Source: Torpedo marmorata (lineage: Eukaryota). From it: a stretch of 64,000 nt of DNA. Under the pieces are notes generated by a model. It saw only the letters and a program-made list of their open reading frames with translations. It ran no database searches and was not told where the DNA came from. Below, piece after piece: positions 11,600 through 22,900 of this stretch. Position 1 is the first letter of the stretch; every line of letters starts with the position of its first letter. The position numbers were made by a program, and so were the translations under genes. The stretch lies in NCBI GenBank assembly GCA_977017645.1, contig OZ360234.1, positions 60,884,001 through 60,948,000 of the forward strand. Direction: 5' to 3'.

Positions 11600-12270
11600 A
11601 CAGATTATGCTATGGACCAAATCTGGCTGCTTTGCAATAGGAAGGATGTCATTAAACTGGAAAGGGTGCAGAAAAGATTTATGAGGATGTTACAGGAATG
11701 GAGGGCTTGCGTTATAAGGAGAAACTGCACAGGCCGGGTGTTTTTTCCCTGGAGCATAGGAGAATGAGGGATGACCTTATGGAGGTACATAAAATTATGA
11801 GGGGCATAGAGAAGGTGAATAGTCAAAGTCTTTTCCCCAGGATAGAGGAGTCTAAAATTAGAGGGCATAGGTTTAAGGTAAGAGTAGAAATATTTAAAAG
11901 GAGCTTGCAGGACATCTTCTACATGCAGATGGTGGGGGTATGTGTAACGAGCTGCCAGAAAAAGCTATAGAGATCGGTGATCTGGAGAAATGTTGTTTCG
12001 TCACTTTCTATATGTAGTCAGATGATAATAATCTTGAATTTGAACTTGAACATTTGGACAAATACATGGACAGGAAAGCTTCAGAGATATGGCTAAAAGC
12101 AAGCAAATTGAACTAGCGCAGATGGGCAACTGGCCAGCATAAATGTGTTGGGCTGAAGGGCCTGTTTCCATGCTATAAAACTGACTGTAAGTGCTCATGA
12201 ATAGAATTATTATAGATGGGTTAGGATGGACCCGGTGGGCCGACTGACCTGTTTCTGCGCTGTATGACAC
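11600..12270 (+). mobile_element. CR1 LINE 3' fragments
   Basis: KDVIKLERVQKRFMRML, FSLEHRRMRDDLMEVHKIMRG, RGHRFKV motifs. Confidence 0.75.
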
Positions 12271-12329
12271 TAATGGATGATGTAACTGATGAGCACCTTG
12301 CCCTTTTAACTCCGACAGCTGAAACCAAA

Positions 12330-12592
12330 TTTAATTTTTTTTAAATTTAGACATACAACACGGTAACAGGCCATTTCGGCCCACGAGTCCGTGCCGCCAA
12401 ATTTACACCCAATGAAACTTACCCCACCGGTACATTTCGAACGGTGGGAGGAAACCGGAGCCCACGGGGGAAACCCACACAGACATGAGGAGAACGTACA
12501 AACTCCTTACAGACAGAGTGGGATTCAAACCCCGGTCCCAATCGCTGGCGCTGTAAAGGCATTGCGCTAACCGCTACGCCAACCGTGCTGCA
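12330..12592 (-). mobile_element. tRNA-head SINE
   Basis: Head GCAGCACGGTTGGCGTAGCGGTTAGCGC...GGGTTTGAATCCC on - strand; A-rich tail. Confidence 0.75.
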
Positions 12593-13217
12593 CAGGGAAT
12601 AAAGGATTTTCTTCTGTAAAAATTATATGTAGTATAAGTAGTTTTGGCCCAATTACTTTGGACACAAGTTCAGAGAACAAAGTCACAAAATATTTGACAC
12701 CAAACTGATCAGTTTCCATTTCTCTTACTAGTCTGGCAAAAATGGAAATATTACTGAGCTCCTGATATTAAACATTGGAGGAGCAGAGTGAATAGCCCTT
12801 TCCTGCATTCTGTCTGACCTGAAACAGTCGAGTGTTGTTGGGTACCTAAGGTCAAGTATGTGTTGTGAATGAGAAATGGCATTTGAAAAAGCACGATACA
12901 ATGATGTGAAGTGATCACAAATAACTGCCTGGTATCTGTCCATCAGCTCACCTCAAGAGAAAAGGGAATGATCACAAAGGGGAGATAAATACAGAGTTGA
13001 CATTCTTGAAAAATGCCTTCAAATAATTCCAGCAGCACTCTCTGCTTTCAGACTAACATTTATATAAATCATTCAAGCTGGAGTAATCGAAGGTCAGCAC
13101 AGCGTTCCTTATTAGAGAGATATTGAAGCAGAGAAATAGCATTGTGTACGGGTTGAAGGATGTTTACATGTTTACAGGGCTATGACCCAATCCTGCTGTT
13201 AAATTATAAGATGGACT

Positions 13218-13585
13218 TGTAACCGACTGCTACGAAGAAACACACACACGCAGTGTGGAAGGTTAAGCTCCTTAATTTATTGAGGCTGGAAATGTTTCTT
13301 TTATACAGTTGGAGTTCCTGCCATTTGGTTGATTGGTTGACATCAGCCGCATGAATAACAATAGCGGGCGGGAACGTTCTTGCATATGAATACCCTTCTT
13401 CCCCAGCCTGGTATTGATCTGTTAGCTGGGCAGCTTGGCCAGCGCCATTTTAGGGCTGCTGGTCTTGTACTGCTCCAGCTTTCAACTGCAGCGGTTCGCT
13501 GTGCTAAGGGTCGCGTTACAGTGTGTTATGCCGCTGTTTACTACCGCGCACGCCAGCTCGATCTCCGCGGTGGCGGGCCGCCACA
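13218..13585. mobile_element. Solo LTR of a second, GC-rich family
   Basis: TG...CA termini, 4-bp TSD GACT (13214-13217 / 13586-13589), TTTATT near the left end suggests - orientation. Confidence 0.8.
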
Positions 13586-13644
13586 GACTATTGATTAGGT
13601 AACATGAGTTTGAGTCCATCCACTGCATGTAGGAAACTTAAATT

Positions 13645-14230
13645 ACATTAAATTTAGACATATAGCACAAACCCGTACCCCCAAATAACTAATTAACCTA
13701 CAATCCCCGTACGTTTTTGAAGGGTGGGAGGAAACCAGACCACCTGGAGGAAGCCCATGCAAACACAGAGAGAATGTACAAACTCCTTACAGCCAGCACT
13801 GGATTCAAACCCGGTCGCTGTTGCTGTAATACCGTCACGCTAACCGTGCCGCCCAATTAAATTAATCTCAACAGCTAGTATAATTGAATTAAATTGACTT
13901 GTTTATTGTCACATGTACTGAGATGCTGCATGCTATCCAAGCAAGTCAACTCACATGGCAGATTGTGCATTAACAAACAAATATATATAACAATATGGGG
14001 ATTAGTGTTACAATATGCCAAATAGTACAGGTTATGGAGAAGAACACAAAAACATTGTGCGTGGTACAGATAAAAAGTACAATCAAAAATAGTGAAAGGG
14101 CATTATTTTTTGCCAGAGTGAGACCCATTTAAGAGTCCGATAACAGCAGGAAATAAACTGTCCTTGAATCTGGAGGTTCATGCTTTTAAGTTCATGTATC
14201 TTCTGCCTGATGGAAGGGGGGGATAGGAAG
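13645..14230 (-). mobile_element. SINE (~13645-13856) followed by an old Rex1/Babar 3' fragment (~13890-14230)
   Basis: Similarity to the SINE and LINE 3' ends elsewhere in the window. Confidence 0.55.
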
Positions 14231-14484
14231 AGAATATGTGTGGAGTGGGATTGTGACCTGTGAGGTCACAGTTGTGACCTACTGGACCAAGTACTGGGAG
14301 GTAAGATGGGTGGCTCTTTTCGACCAGTATGGAGACAATGGCCCGAATGGCCACCTCTGTGTTGTATATTTTCTATGAATGACACTTCTTACATTCAATT
14401 ATCTTTCTTCCTTTCTGGGGACACTGAATTGAGCAGGAGCTCGATGCTGTTTAGTGTCACTTCCAACAAAAAATCAGGAAGGGA

Positions 14485-14735
14485 GTGACAGCACCAATAG
14501 CCTGAATACGACTGGGATTGTCTGATCTCGGAAGCGAAGCAGGCACAGGACTGGTCAGTACTTGGAGGGGAGACTGCCGAGGAACACCAGGTGCTGTAGG
14601 ATTCTGTGAGGGGTGCTGGACAAAGTAGCGACCCTCTGTCTGCCTTACGGTAGTCAAAAATTAAAGAATTTCATGTATATTACATTCTAAAAAATGTAGT
14701 ATTACGTGACAATAATGGAACCTTTACCTTTACCT
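14485..14735 (+). mobile_element. 5S rRNA-derived SINE (SINE3-type)
   Basis: Head GTCTGATCTCGGAAGCGAAGCAGG...CTGGTCAGTACTTGGA-GGGAGAC...CCAGGTGCTGTAGG aligns to 5S rRNA; non-5S body; GACAATAA + (CCTTTA)n tail; second copy at 47173-47419. Confidence 0.85.
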
Positions 14736-14769
14736 ACGAACACTCCAATCTTTCATGCTCGACGCTCAG

Positions 14770-14919
14770 TCTGCTGGAGGACCTCAGCAGATCGAGCAAG
14801 ATCAGTGGGAGAAAAAGAATTGTTAAAGTTTCAGGCGGAACCCTTCCATGAGGATCAAAATCCCAGCAATTCTTTTTCTCCCACTGATGCTGCTCGGCTC
14901 GCTGACTTCCTCCAGCAGA
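14770..14919. repeat. Short fold-back (Penelope pseudo-LTR-derived) palindrome
   Basis: TCTGCTGGAGGA...ATCAGTGGGAGAAAAAGAATTG / CAATTCTTTTTCTCCCACTGAT...TCCTCCAGCAGA inverted arms. Confidence 0.75.
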
Positions 14920-16959
14920 TGGATTCCAGCATCTGCATTCTCTCCTGTGTCTCCAGCCTTTCATGCTATTTGATTGTGCCTCATGCACCTGTGCTCCTTG
15001 TGCACTTCCTACAAAAATAACTACCGGTAGATAAATACCAGAGATGGGATACCTCGCTTGTTTTCCCCTCTTTCCTAGTTGAATGTAATTACAGTTATAC
15101 CTACTGTTACAAACTAAAACCAGCAAAGACAGAAGACGCAATACAAAAGGGGTAAAATTGAAATTTATATTTATTAAAGACAATTAAACATATAATTTCT
15201 TTCCAATTAACCCCACTATAAACGTCTATAAACACTATTCTTATCTAAAGAGTGTGTGTGTGTGTAAAGCCCACACCATTACAGTCTGTGCCCAACCCTC
15301 ATGTAAAAATGGAAAACCTTCCCCAAAACCCCCAGGTCAGTCATAAAAACAAGTCAGTCCCAAAAATACAGTCCACAAAAATCACTCTCTATGTTCAGGG
15401 TCCAAATTCAGCTCTGTGTGCTGGCACGAAGGACTTCTTAATGAACGTTGGAGAGAGAGACAATAACTGTTTAAGCTTACGAATGCTTGGCCTGCATTTC
15501 TTCTTTGATGACTTTCCCTTTAAGTAGGTACACGAGGATTGCGATTCCAAATCAGTTTTGGATTGAGGCGTATACTTGGATCTCACAGCCGGTCTCATTG
15601 ATCTCACGCCTGTTCTCCACGAAAGTTGATATAAATCAGGATTTTGTTGATACAGGAGGCCATGTGCTATTCTCCCAGCCTTTTCCCCTGGGATGCACAA
15701 GCCTGGATTTGGCTGTTCCAGCCTCTTGCAACTCCAAACTAAATCTGAATGCTTTTTGCAGAGGTTTTCACCTGCTTTTGCAAAAGTGCAACAAAGTATC
15801 TTTCCACAGCCTATCTCTCTCTCGGTGTTTCTCTCTCTCTCTTTGAGTACACCCCGTCCTGGGCAAGTTAACTCTTTCAGTACCCTAACTTTGTCAGTAA
15901 ATTTTTCTCCTTCCTGCGTGTTATGCCTCTTCTCACTCTGAATACAAGCATTAGGTGTTGCATCCTTTTCTCTCTTCTTTTTCAACACTGGACAGCTTTC
16001 TAGCATATGACCAGCCTTCCTACAGTAGTGGCAAATGGGACCCGAAGGGTTTTCCCTTTTCCACTTTCCTTCATCTCTTTCCTTAACAACACTTCCAAAT
16101 TTACTTTCCACTAGCTTGGGATTATCCAAAGTGCCCTTTTGGAAAATTCTGCCTGACGTCCACTTAGGCTTGTGGGTTAAAACATATTCATCTGCTAATT
16201 TAGCTGAATTTTGCCAAGTTTTCATGTCATTAATATCCTTAATGCCTTAATATCCTCAGGTACACACCTTTTTATCTCCTCAATTAGTATCGATTCTCTC
16301 AATTGATTGTAATCATTGTTTACTGCCTTAGATGTGCACCACTGGTCAAAACACACAAGCTTTTCATAGGCAAACTCTGTGTAAGAGTGGGTTGCTGATC
16401 TTTTTAAATTTCTAAACTTCTGTGTAGCCTTTTTCACCGTTTCATTATCAGCAGCTTACTCCATGGTAAGAGAAGAATAAGCCTGCTGAGCTTTTCCTTT
16501 AGTTACACTTTGTAACATAAGAGTATTGGTCTTGTGGCCATTTTAATTTCACAGCCACCTTCTCAAAATGCTGGAAGTACTTATCTATTTCTGCCTCCTC
16601 AAATGGAGGAACCAACCTAACTTCTCTACTGGCCAAAAACCTCTCTGCAGGATGACAAATTTGATCTTGGTGCTCTTCTTGTCTCCTCTCATTTTCCAAC
16701 TTAATCTTTTCCAGCTCATATTGCCTAATTTTCTCCTCATTCTCTAATCTCTTTTGGTCCAATTCCGTGTCTAATCTCTTTTGTTCCCTGGCTACCTCCA
16801 AGTCTAATCTTTTTTGTTCCAATTCCCTGTCTAATTTCTTTTTTTTTGTATATTTTATTTTTAATTTTAAATTTTCAGACAGTAATACATACGTAAATAA
16901 TATACATTATTAATTTCAGTAAATAAAAAACATAATTATATTTGTATTACATAGTGTAA

Positions 16960-19900
16960 TGTTACAAGATTCAAACCAGCAACGACAGAAGACGCTATGC
17001 AAAAGGGGTAAAATTGAAATTTATATTTATTAAAGACAATTAAACATATAATTTCACAACAATTAACCCCACTATAAACGTCTATAAACACTATTCTTAT
17101 CGAAAAGGTGTGTGTGTGTTTGTGTGTGTGTGTGTAAAGCTCAGACCATTACAGTCTGTGCCCAACCCTCATGTAAAAATGGAAAAACGTTCCCCAAAAA
17201 CCCCAGGTCAGTCATAAAAACAAGTCAGTCAAAAAAAATAATACAGTCCACAAAAATTCACTCTCAATGTTCAGGATCCAAATTCAGCTCTGTGTGCTGG
17301 CAAGCAGGACTTCTTAATGAACGTTGGAGAGAGACAATGACTGTTTATGCTTACGAATACTTGACTTGCTTTTCTTCTCTGATGACTTTCCTTTTTGGTA
17401 GAGATTCACGAGGATTGCGACTCCAAATCAGTATACCACTGATTGAGGCGTGTACTTGGATCTCACAGCTGGTCTCGCTGATCTCACGCCTGTTCTCCAC
17501 AAAAGTTGCTTTAACTCAGGATTTTGCTGAGACAGGAGGCCATGTGCTATTCTCCCAGCCTTTTTCCCTGGGATGCACAAGCCTGGATTTTGCTGTGTTC
17601 TCTAGCCTTTGCAACGCCAAACTGCCACTGAAACTGAATGTTTTTTGCAGAGGTTTGCACCTGCTTTTGCAAAAGTGCAACAAAGTATCTTTTCCACAGC
17701 CTGTCTCTCTCTGCTCTCTCTCTCTCTCTGGGTACACCAAGTCCTGGGCAAGTTAACTCTTTCAGTACCTGGTCCCAGTGTGTACTCCAAAAGACTTCAT
17801 CCTTCCTGCTGACCGTCCACAGTCCAACTGGTCAGTCATGGTCCATAACACCTCCCACCCACAAAGAAAATTTTGGTCTGCAAGAACAAAATTTTTGAAA
17901 TTAATTGAGGTGTCACAATATAAACAAAATCTACAATGTTCATCCACAAACACAAAATATGAACTATTTTCATTTATAAAGTTTAGCATCGAGAAAGACA
18001 ATCAGCAATTACATTATCTTTCCCTTTTATATGTGTTATTACCAAATCATATTCTTGCAAAATTAGACTCCAATTCAATAACCGTCGATTCTTATTTTTC
18101 ATTTTACAAAGAAAAACCAATGGATTATGGTCAGTATACACTATGAGTGGTTTTTGAGCTGTACAGATATACACATCAACGTGTTGTAGAGCCAACACAA
18201 GAGCCAACAACTCTTTTTCTATGATTGAATAATTCCTTTGATGATCATTGAACTTCTTCGAGAAGTAGGATACCGGATGGTCAATGTCCTCTTCGTTCTT
18301 CTTCTGTAACAGCACCGCGCCCACAGCTTCATCGCTGGAAACCACGGCTAAAGAAAACGACTGTTCTAAATTAGGTGACTTAAGCACAGGTTGGTGGCAT
18401 AACATGGCTTTCAATTTGACAAATGCTTCCTGACAACCTGTCAACCATACAAATTTTTCTCTTTTTCTAAGCAAATTTGTGAGAGGGAGCGCAAGATCAG
18501 CAAAGTTTTTACAGAACTTGCGGTAGTAGCCAATCATTCCCAGGAACCTCCTCAGAGTTTTCTTACCAGTTGGAACAGGGAACTCGGAAATAGTCACAAC
18601 CTTTTCCTCTACTGGCGCCAACTTCCCCTGTCCTACTACATAACCCAGAGTATTAACAGTCCCATGACCCTCTCTGAAACAGGTTTTATCTGTCTCCTCC
18701 TTACCACTGTCGTTAACCAGCACCTCTGGTAAATGTTCAGTCCCTTTTTTCGGCACCTGTTCAAAATATGGCTTAATCATATTCACATGACAGACCTCTG
18801 TGTCTCGTCTGCGATTAGGTGTTTCTATGACATAGGTGACATCATTAATTTTTGCCTTAACTCTATAGGGTCCTGAAAATCTAGCCCGAAGAGGATTTGA
18901 ATGGATGGGAAACAGAACTAATACATTCTCACCAGGTTTAAAAGTTCTCATCTTAGCCTTTCGATCATACCAAACCTTCATTTTCTGTTGAGTGGCCTTC
19001 AAAGTCTCCTTTGCCATCTCACAAGCCCTATGCAACCGATCCTTAAATTTGGAAACATAATCGAACAGATTTAAATGCACATCACTATTAATCCACTGTT
19101 CTTTTAATAATCTTAAAGGACCTCTCACCTCATGTCCAAAAACTAACTCAAATGGACTAAAACCAAGTGATTCTTGGACAGACTCCCTCGCTGCAAATAA
19201 CAACAAATGAACCCCCTCATCCCAATCCTTTTCCTTTTCACAAAAATAGGTTCTAATCATGTTTTTCAATGTCGAATGGAACCTCTCCAAGGCCCCTTGA
19301 CTTTCTGGATGGTACACAGAGGATACAATCTGTTTAACTCCCAGTCCATCAACCATTTGTTGGAAAAACAAGATTTACCATTAGTTTTAACATTAGACGC
19401 TGAAAAGGCTTTTGATAGATTAGAATGGAATTTTTTATTTAAGGTATTGGAGAAATTAGGCTTTGGAAATACATTTATTAATTGGATTAAAACTATATAT
19501 AAAGAACCATCTGCTAAAGTAGTTACAAATGGACAAATTTCCTCAAAATTTCCTTTGACTCATTCTACTAGACAGGGATGTCATCTGTCACCAGCATTAT
19601 TTATTTTGGCGATAGAACCTTTGGCTGAATTAGTTAGAAAAGATCCTAAAATAGTTGGTATTAAAGTTGGTACAGAAGAACATAAAATTAGCTTGTTTGC
19701 AGATGATGAACTGATATATATGACAAAATCTATTACATCACTTCAACAATTATCTATTATATTAAGAGACTATGGGGAAATATCTGGATATAAAATTAAT
19801 TTTGATAAAAGTGAAATAATGGCATTATCTCAAGGTGATTATAGTAGATGTAAAGAAATTACACAATTTAAATGGGCAAAGGAGGGAATTAAATATTTGG

Positions 19901-22900
19901 GAGTAAAGGTTGATACAAAATTGGATAATTTATATAAATTAAATTATTTACCATTATTTGCAAAAATAAAGAAAGACTTAGAGAATTGGAAAGATTTACC
20001 TATAACTTTAATGGGAAGAGTAAATTGTATTAAAATGAATATTTTTCCAAGAATTCAGTATCTTTTTCAATCAATTCCTTATGGAATTCCTCAAAATTTT
20101 TTAAAGATTTAAATTTAATTACTAGGAATTTTTTTATGGAAAGGAAAGTTAGCAAGAGTAGGTATGGAAAAACTAACTTGGAATTATGAAATGGGTGGTT
20201 TACAACTTCCTAATTTTCAAAATTATTATAAAGCAGCTCAATTAAAATTTGTTAATGAATTTTTTGATTCAACTAAATCTTCTGCTTGGATTAAGATAGA
20301 ATTAAATAATATAGGAAAAGACCTCAAAGAAGAAATTATTTATAAATGGGATTCTAAATTAATATCAATAAAAAAGAAGAATTCGCCTATTTTAAAACAT
20401 TTGTTAGAAATATGGAATAAGACGGATAAGGAAATAGGAGCAAAAGGATTGATTTCTTCAAAGATGCCTTTATATCAAAATGGACTTATTCCATTTAATA
20501 TTAATAATCAATTATTTAAAATTTGGTTTCAAAAAGGAGTTAAGAAGATTAGTGATTGTTTTGAAGCTGGGAAATTTATTACGTTTCAAAGAATGAAAGA
20601 TAAATTTAATATATTGGATAATACATTTTTGGCTTATTATCAAATTAAAGCTTTTTTGACTGAGAAATTAGGTTATGCTTTGACTTTTCCAAGACAAAAT
20701 GAATTAGAATTATTAGTTACTAATGGAGATGTTAATAAATTTATTTCTCAAATGTATAAATTGTTTCAGAGGAAAATGCCTAAAGTAGGACTGCATAAAT
20801 CAAGATTAAAATGGGAATTAGATTTGAATGTAAGTATAGATGAAAATCATTGGAAAGAATTATGTAAATTAAGTATGACGAAGATTATCAACGTTAGATA
20901 TAGACTAGTTCAATATAATTTTTTTCATCAATTATATTTAACACCTAAAAAATTAAAGAAATTTAATCCGGCATTATCAGGTTTATGTTTTAGATGTAAT
21001 AAAGAGGAAGGGTCTTTTGTACATTGTACATGGTTTACCCAAAAGTTTATGAATTTTGGTTGAAAGTTAAAAAAATTTTTGATAAAGTATTTTAGATTAC
21101 ATTTCCAATGGATCCTATGATATTTTTGTTTGGAGATATTAAAAAATTTAGTATTAAGAAGAAATTAAATATGTATCAAGTAGAATTTTTGCGAATTGCT
21201 TCAGCTGTTTCAAAGAAATGCATTGCTATTACTTGGAAATCTGATTTAGATTTAGGATTAGAAAGATGGCATGCAGAACTTCGTTCGTGTATACCACTTG
21301 AAAAAATTACTTATAATTTATGTAATAAATATCATTTTTTCTTAAAAATTTGGAGCCCATATATGAAAGCTGTTGGTTTAAGGATATGAAGATCTCTGGA
21401 TATCAGATCTACTGGCACACTTGACCTCCATAATAGAATTAGTTTATAGATGGCATTCCCCTTACTCTACCTTTTTCTTTCTTTCTTTTTTCTATTTTTA
21501 CTTTTTATTTTATTTTTACTAGATTAGTGGGGGTGGGGGGGTTGGGGAGGGGAGGGAGGGAGGGGGAGAAAATGTATCACAAATAATTTGATAATTTTAT
21601 ATTCTATTTTATGTATTTTGTGATTAAAAATTTTAAATAAAATATTTAAAAAAAAAAAAAAAAAAAAAAAACCATTTGTTGGTAAACGCCTGACATGAAA
21701 TTACTGCCCTGATCTGATTGAATTTCCCTTGGCAAACCTACCAAGGTGAAAAACTTTACCATAGCCTTTACAATTGACTTTGCTTTTATGTTTCTCAGAG
21801 GAATGGCCTCTGGAAATCTGGTGGCTGCAGACATAATTGTTAACAAATACTCATTCCCCGCTTTGGTTTTGGGCAATGGGCCAACACAGTCCACAATCAC
21901 TCTCGAGAAAGGCTCACTGAAAGCAGGGATAGGTTGCAAGGGTGCCACCGGGGGACCCTGATTAGGTTTACTCACCACCTGACAAGTGTGACAGGCCCGG
22001 CAAAAGCTTACAACCTCCCTTCTCAAACTGGGCCAATAAAATTGTTTCATTATCTTCCTTATAGTTTTCTTCACCCCAAGGTGACCACCTAAGGGTGTAC
22101 TATGAGCCAAAGTTATTATTGCATCCCTATATACTTTAGGGATCACAACCTGCTGCACTACTGCCCATTCTTCATTGGCAGGAACATCACATGGTCTCCA
22201 CTTTCTCATCAACACCCCATCTTTTTCATAATAACCCACTGGCACCTTTTTAATATCTTCTTCAGAGAGAACCTTATCCCTCACCTCAGCAAGATCAGAA
22301 TCGTCCTTTTGCCTTGCTATTAGCTCCAGTTGGGATAGTGACAAGTCTGTGCCTTTAGGTGTCTTATCAGTGGATGGGTGTAACATTGGAGATTACTCAA
22401 CCTTTTCCAGGTGTTTTTGATTATCACCGACTTTTTCTTTCACCAATTTATTTTCCACTGCCTTCTCTACAGTGACATTTTTCTTAGACATGGCCCTGGT
22501 TATGGCACATGCCAGATAAATATCAGAGTCTTTCTCTGACTTATCAATGACTGGCTTAATGGTCATTCTCAATGCAGGAACTACTTTACCCTTGGCCAAG
22601 TCATTGCCTAGCAACAGTGAGACTCCTACTGGGAACTCTGATCTCACTACTATTATAACAGGTCCTTCCACCAAGTCTGAGTCCAATACTATTTTGTGCA
22701 AAGGAATGGAATCAACATCATCCCCAATTCTTTAATTAAATTTATATCACCAGTGTCAGTAGCTTCACAAAATTCCAAGACGCTATCTAACACAAGTGAC
22801 TGAGCAGCTCCAGTATCTCGCAAGATTTTCACTGGAACTTGTTTTGATCCTGCCTTAACTGAAACAAAACCATCAGTCACAAAAGGTTTAAATACATCTC

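Noticed and set aside
14485-14602. Functional 5S rRNA gene
   Set aside because: Many substitutions, no T-run terminator right after the head, and attached to a SINE body and tail in two dispersed copies.
17112-17756. 214-aa + strand ORF within the LTR (and similar ORFs in other LTR copies)
   Set aside because: Starts in a (TG)n tract without a true ATG, the frame is not preserved among LTR copies, and it has no recognisable domain.
19207-20112. Novel 301-aa RT protein with a unique N-terminus
   Set aside because: The N-terminus is antisense integrase sequence read into a 5'-truncated L1; RT motifs are mutated (QGCHLSP, FADDEL).
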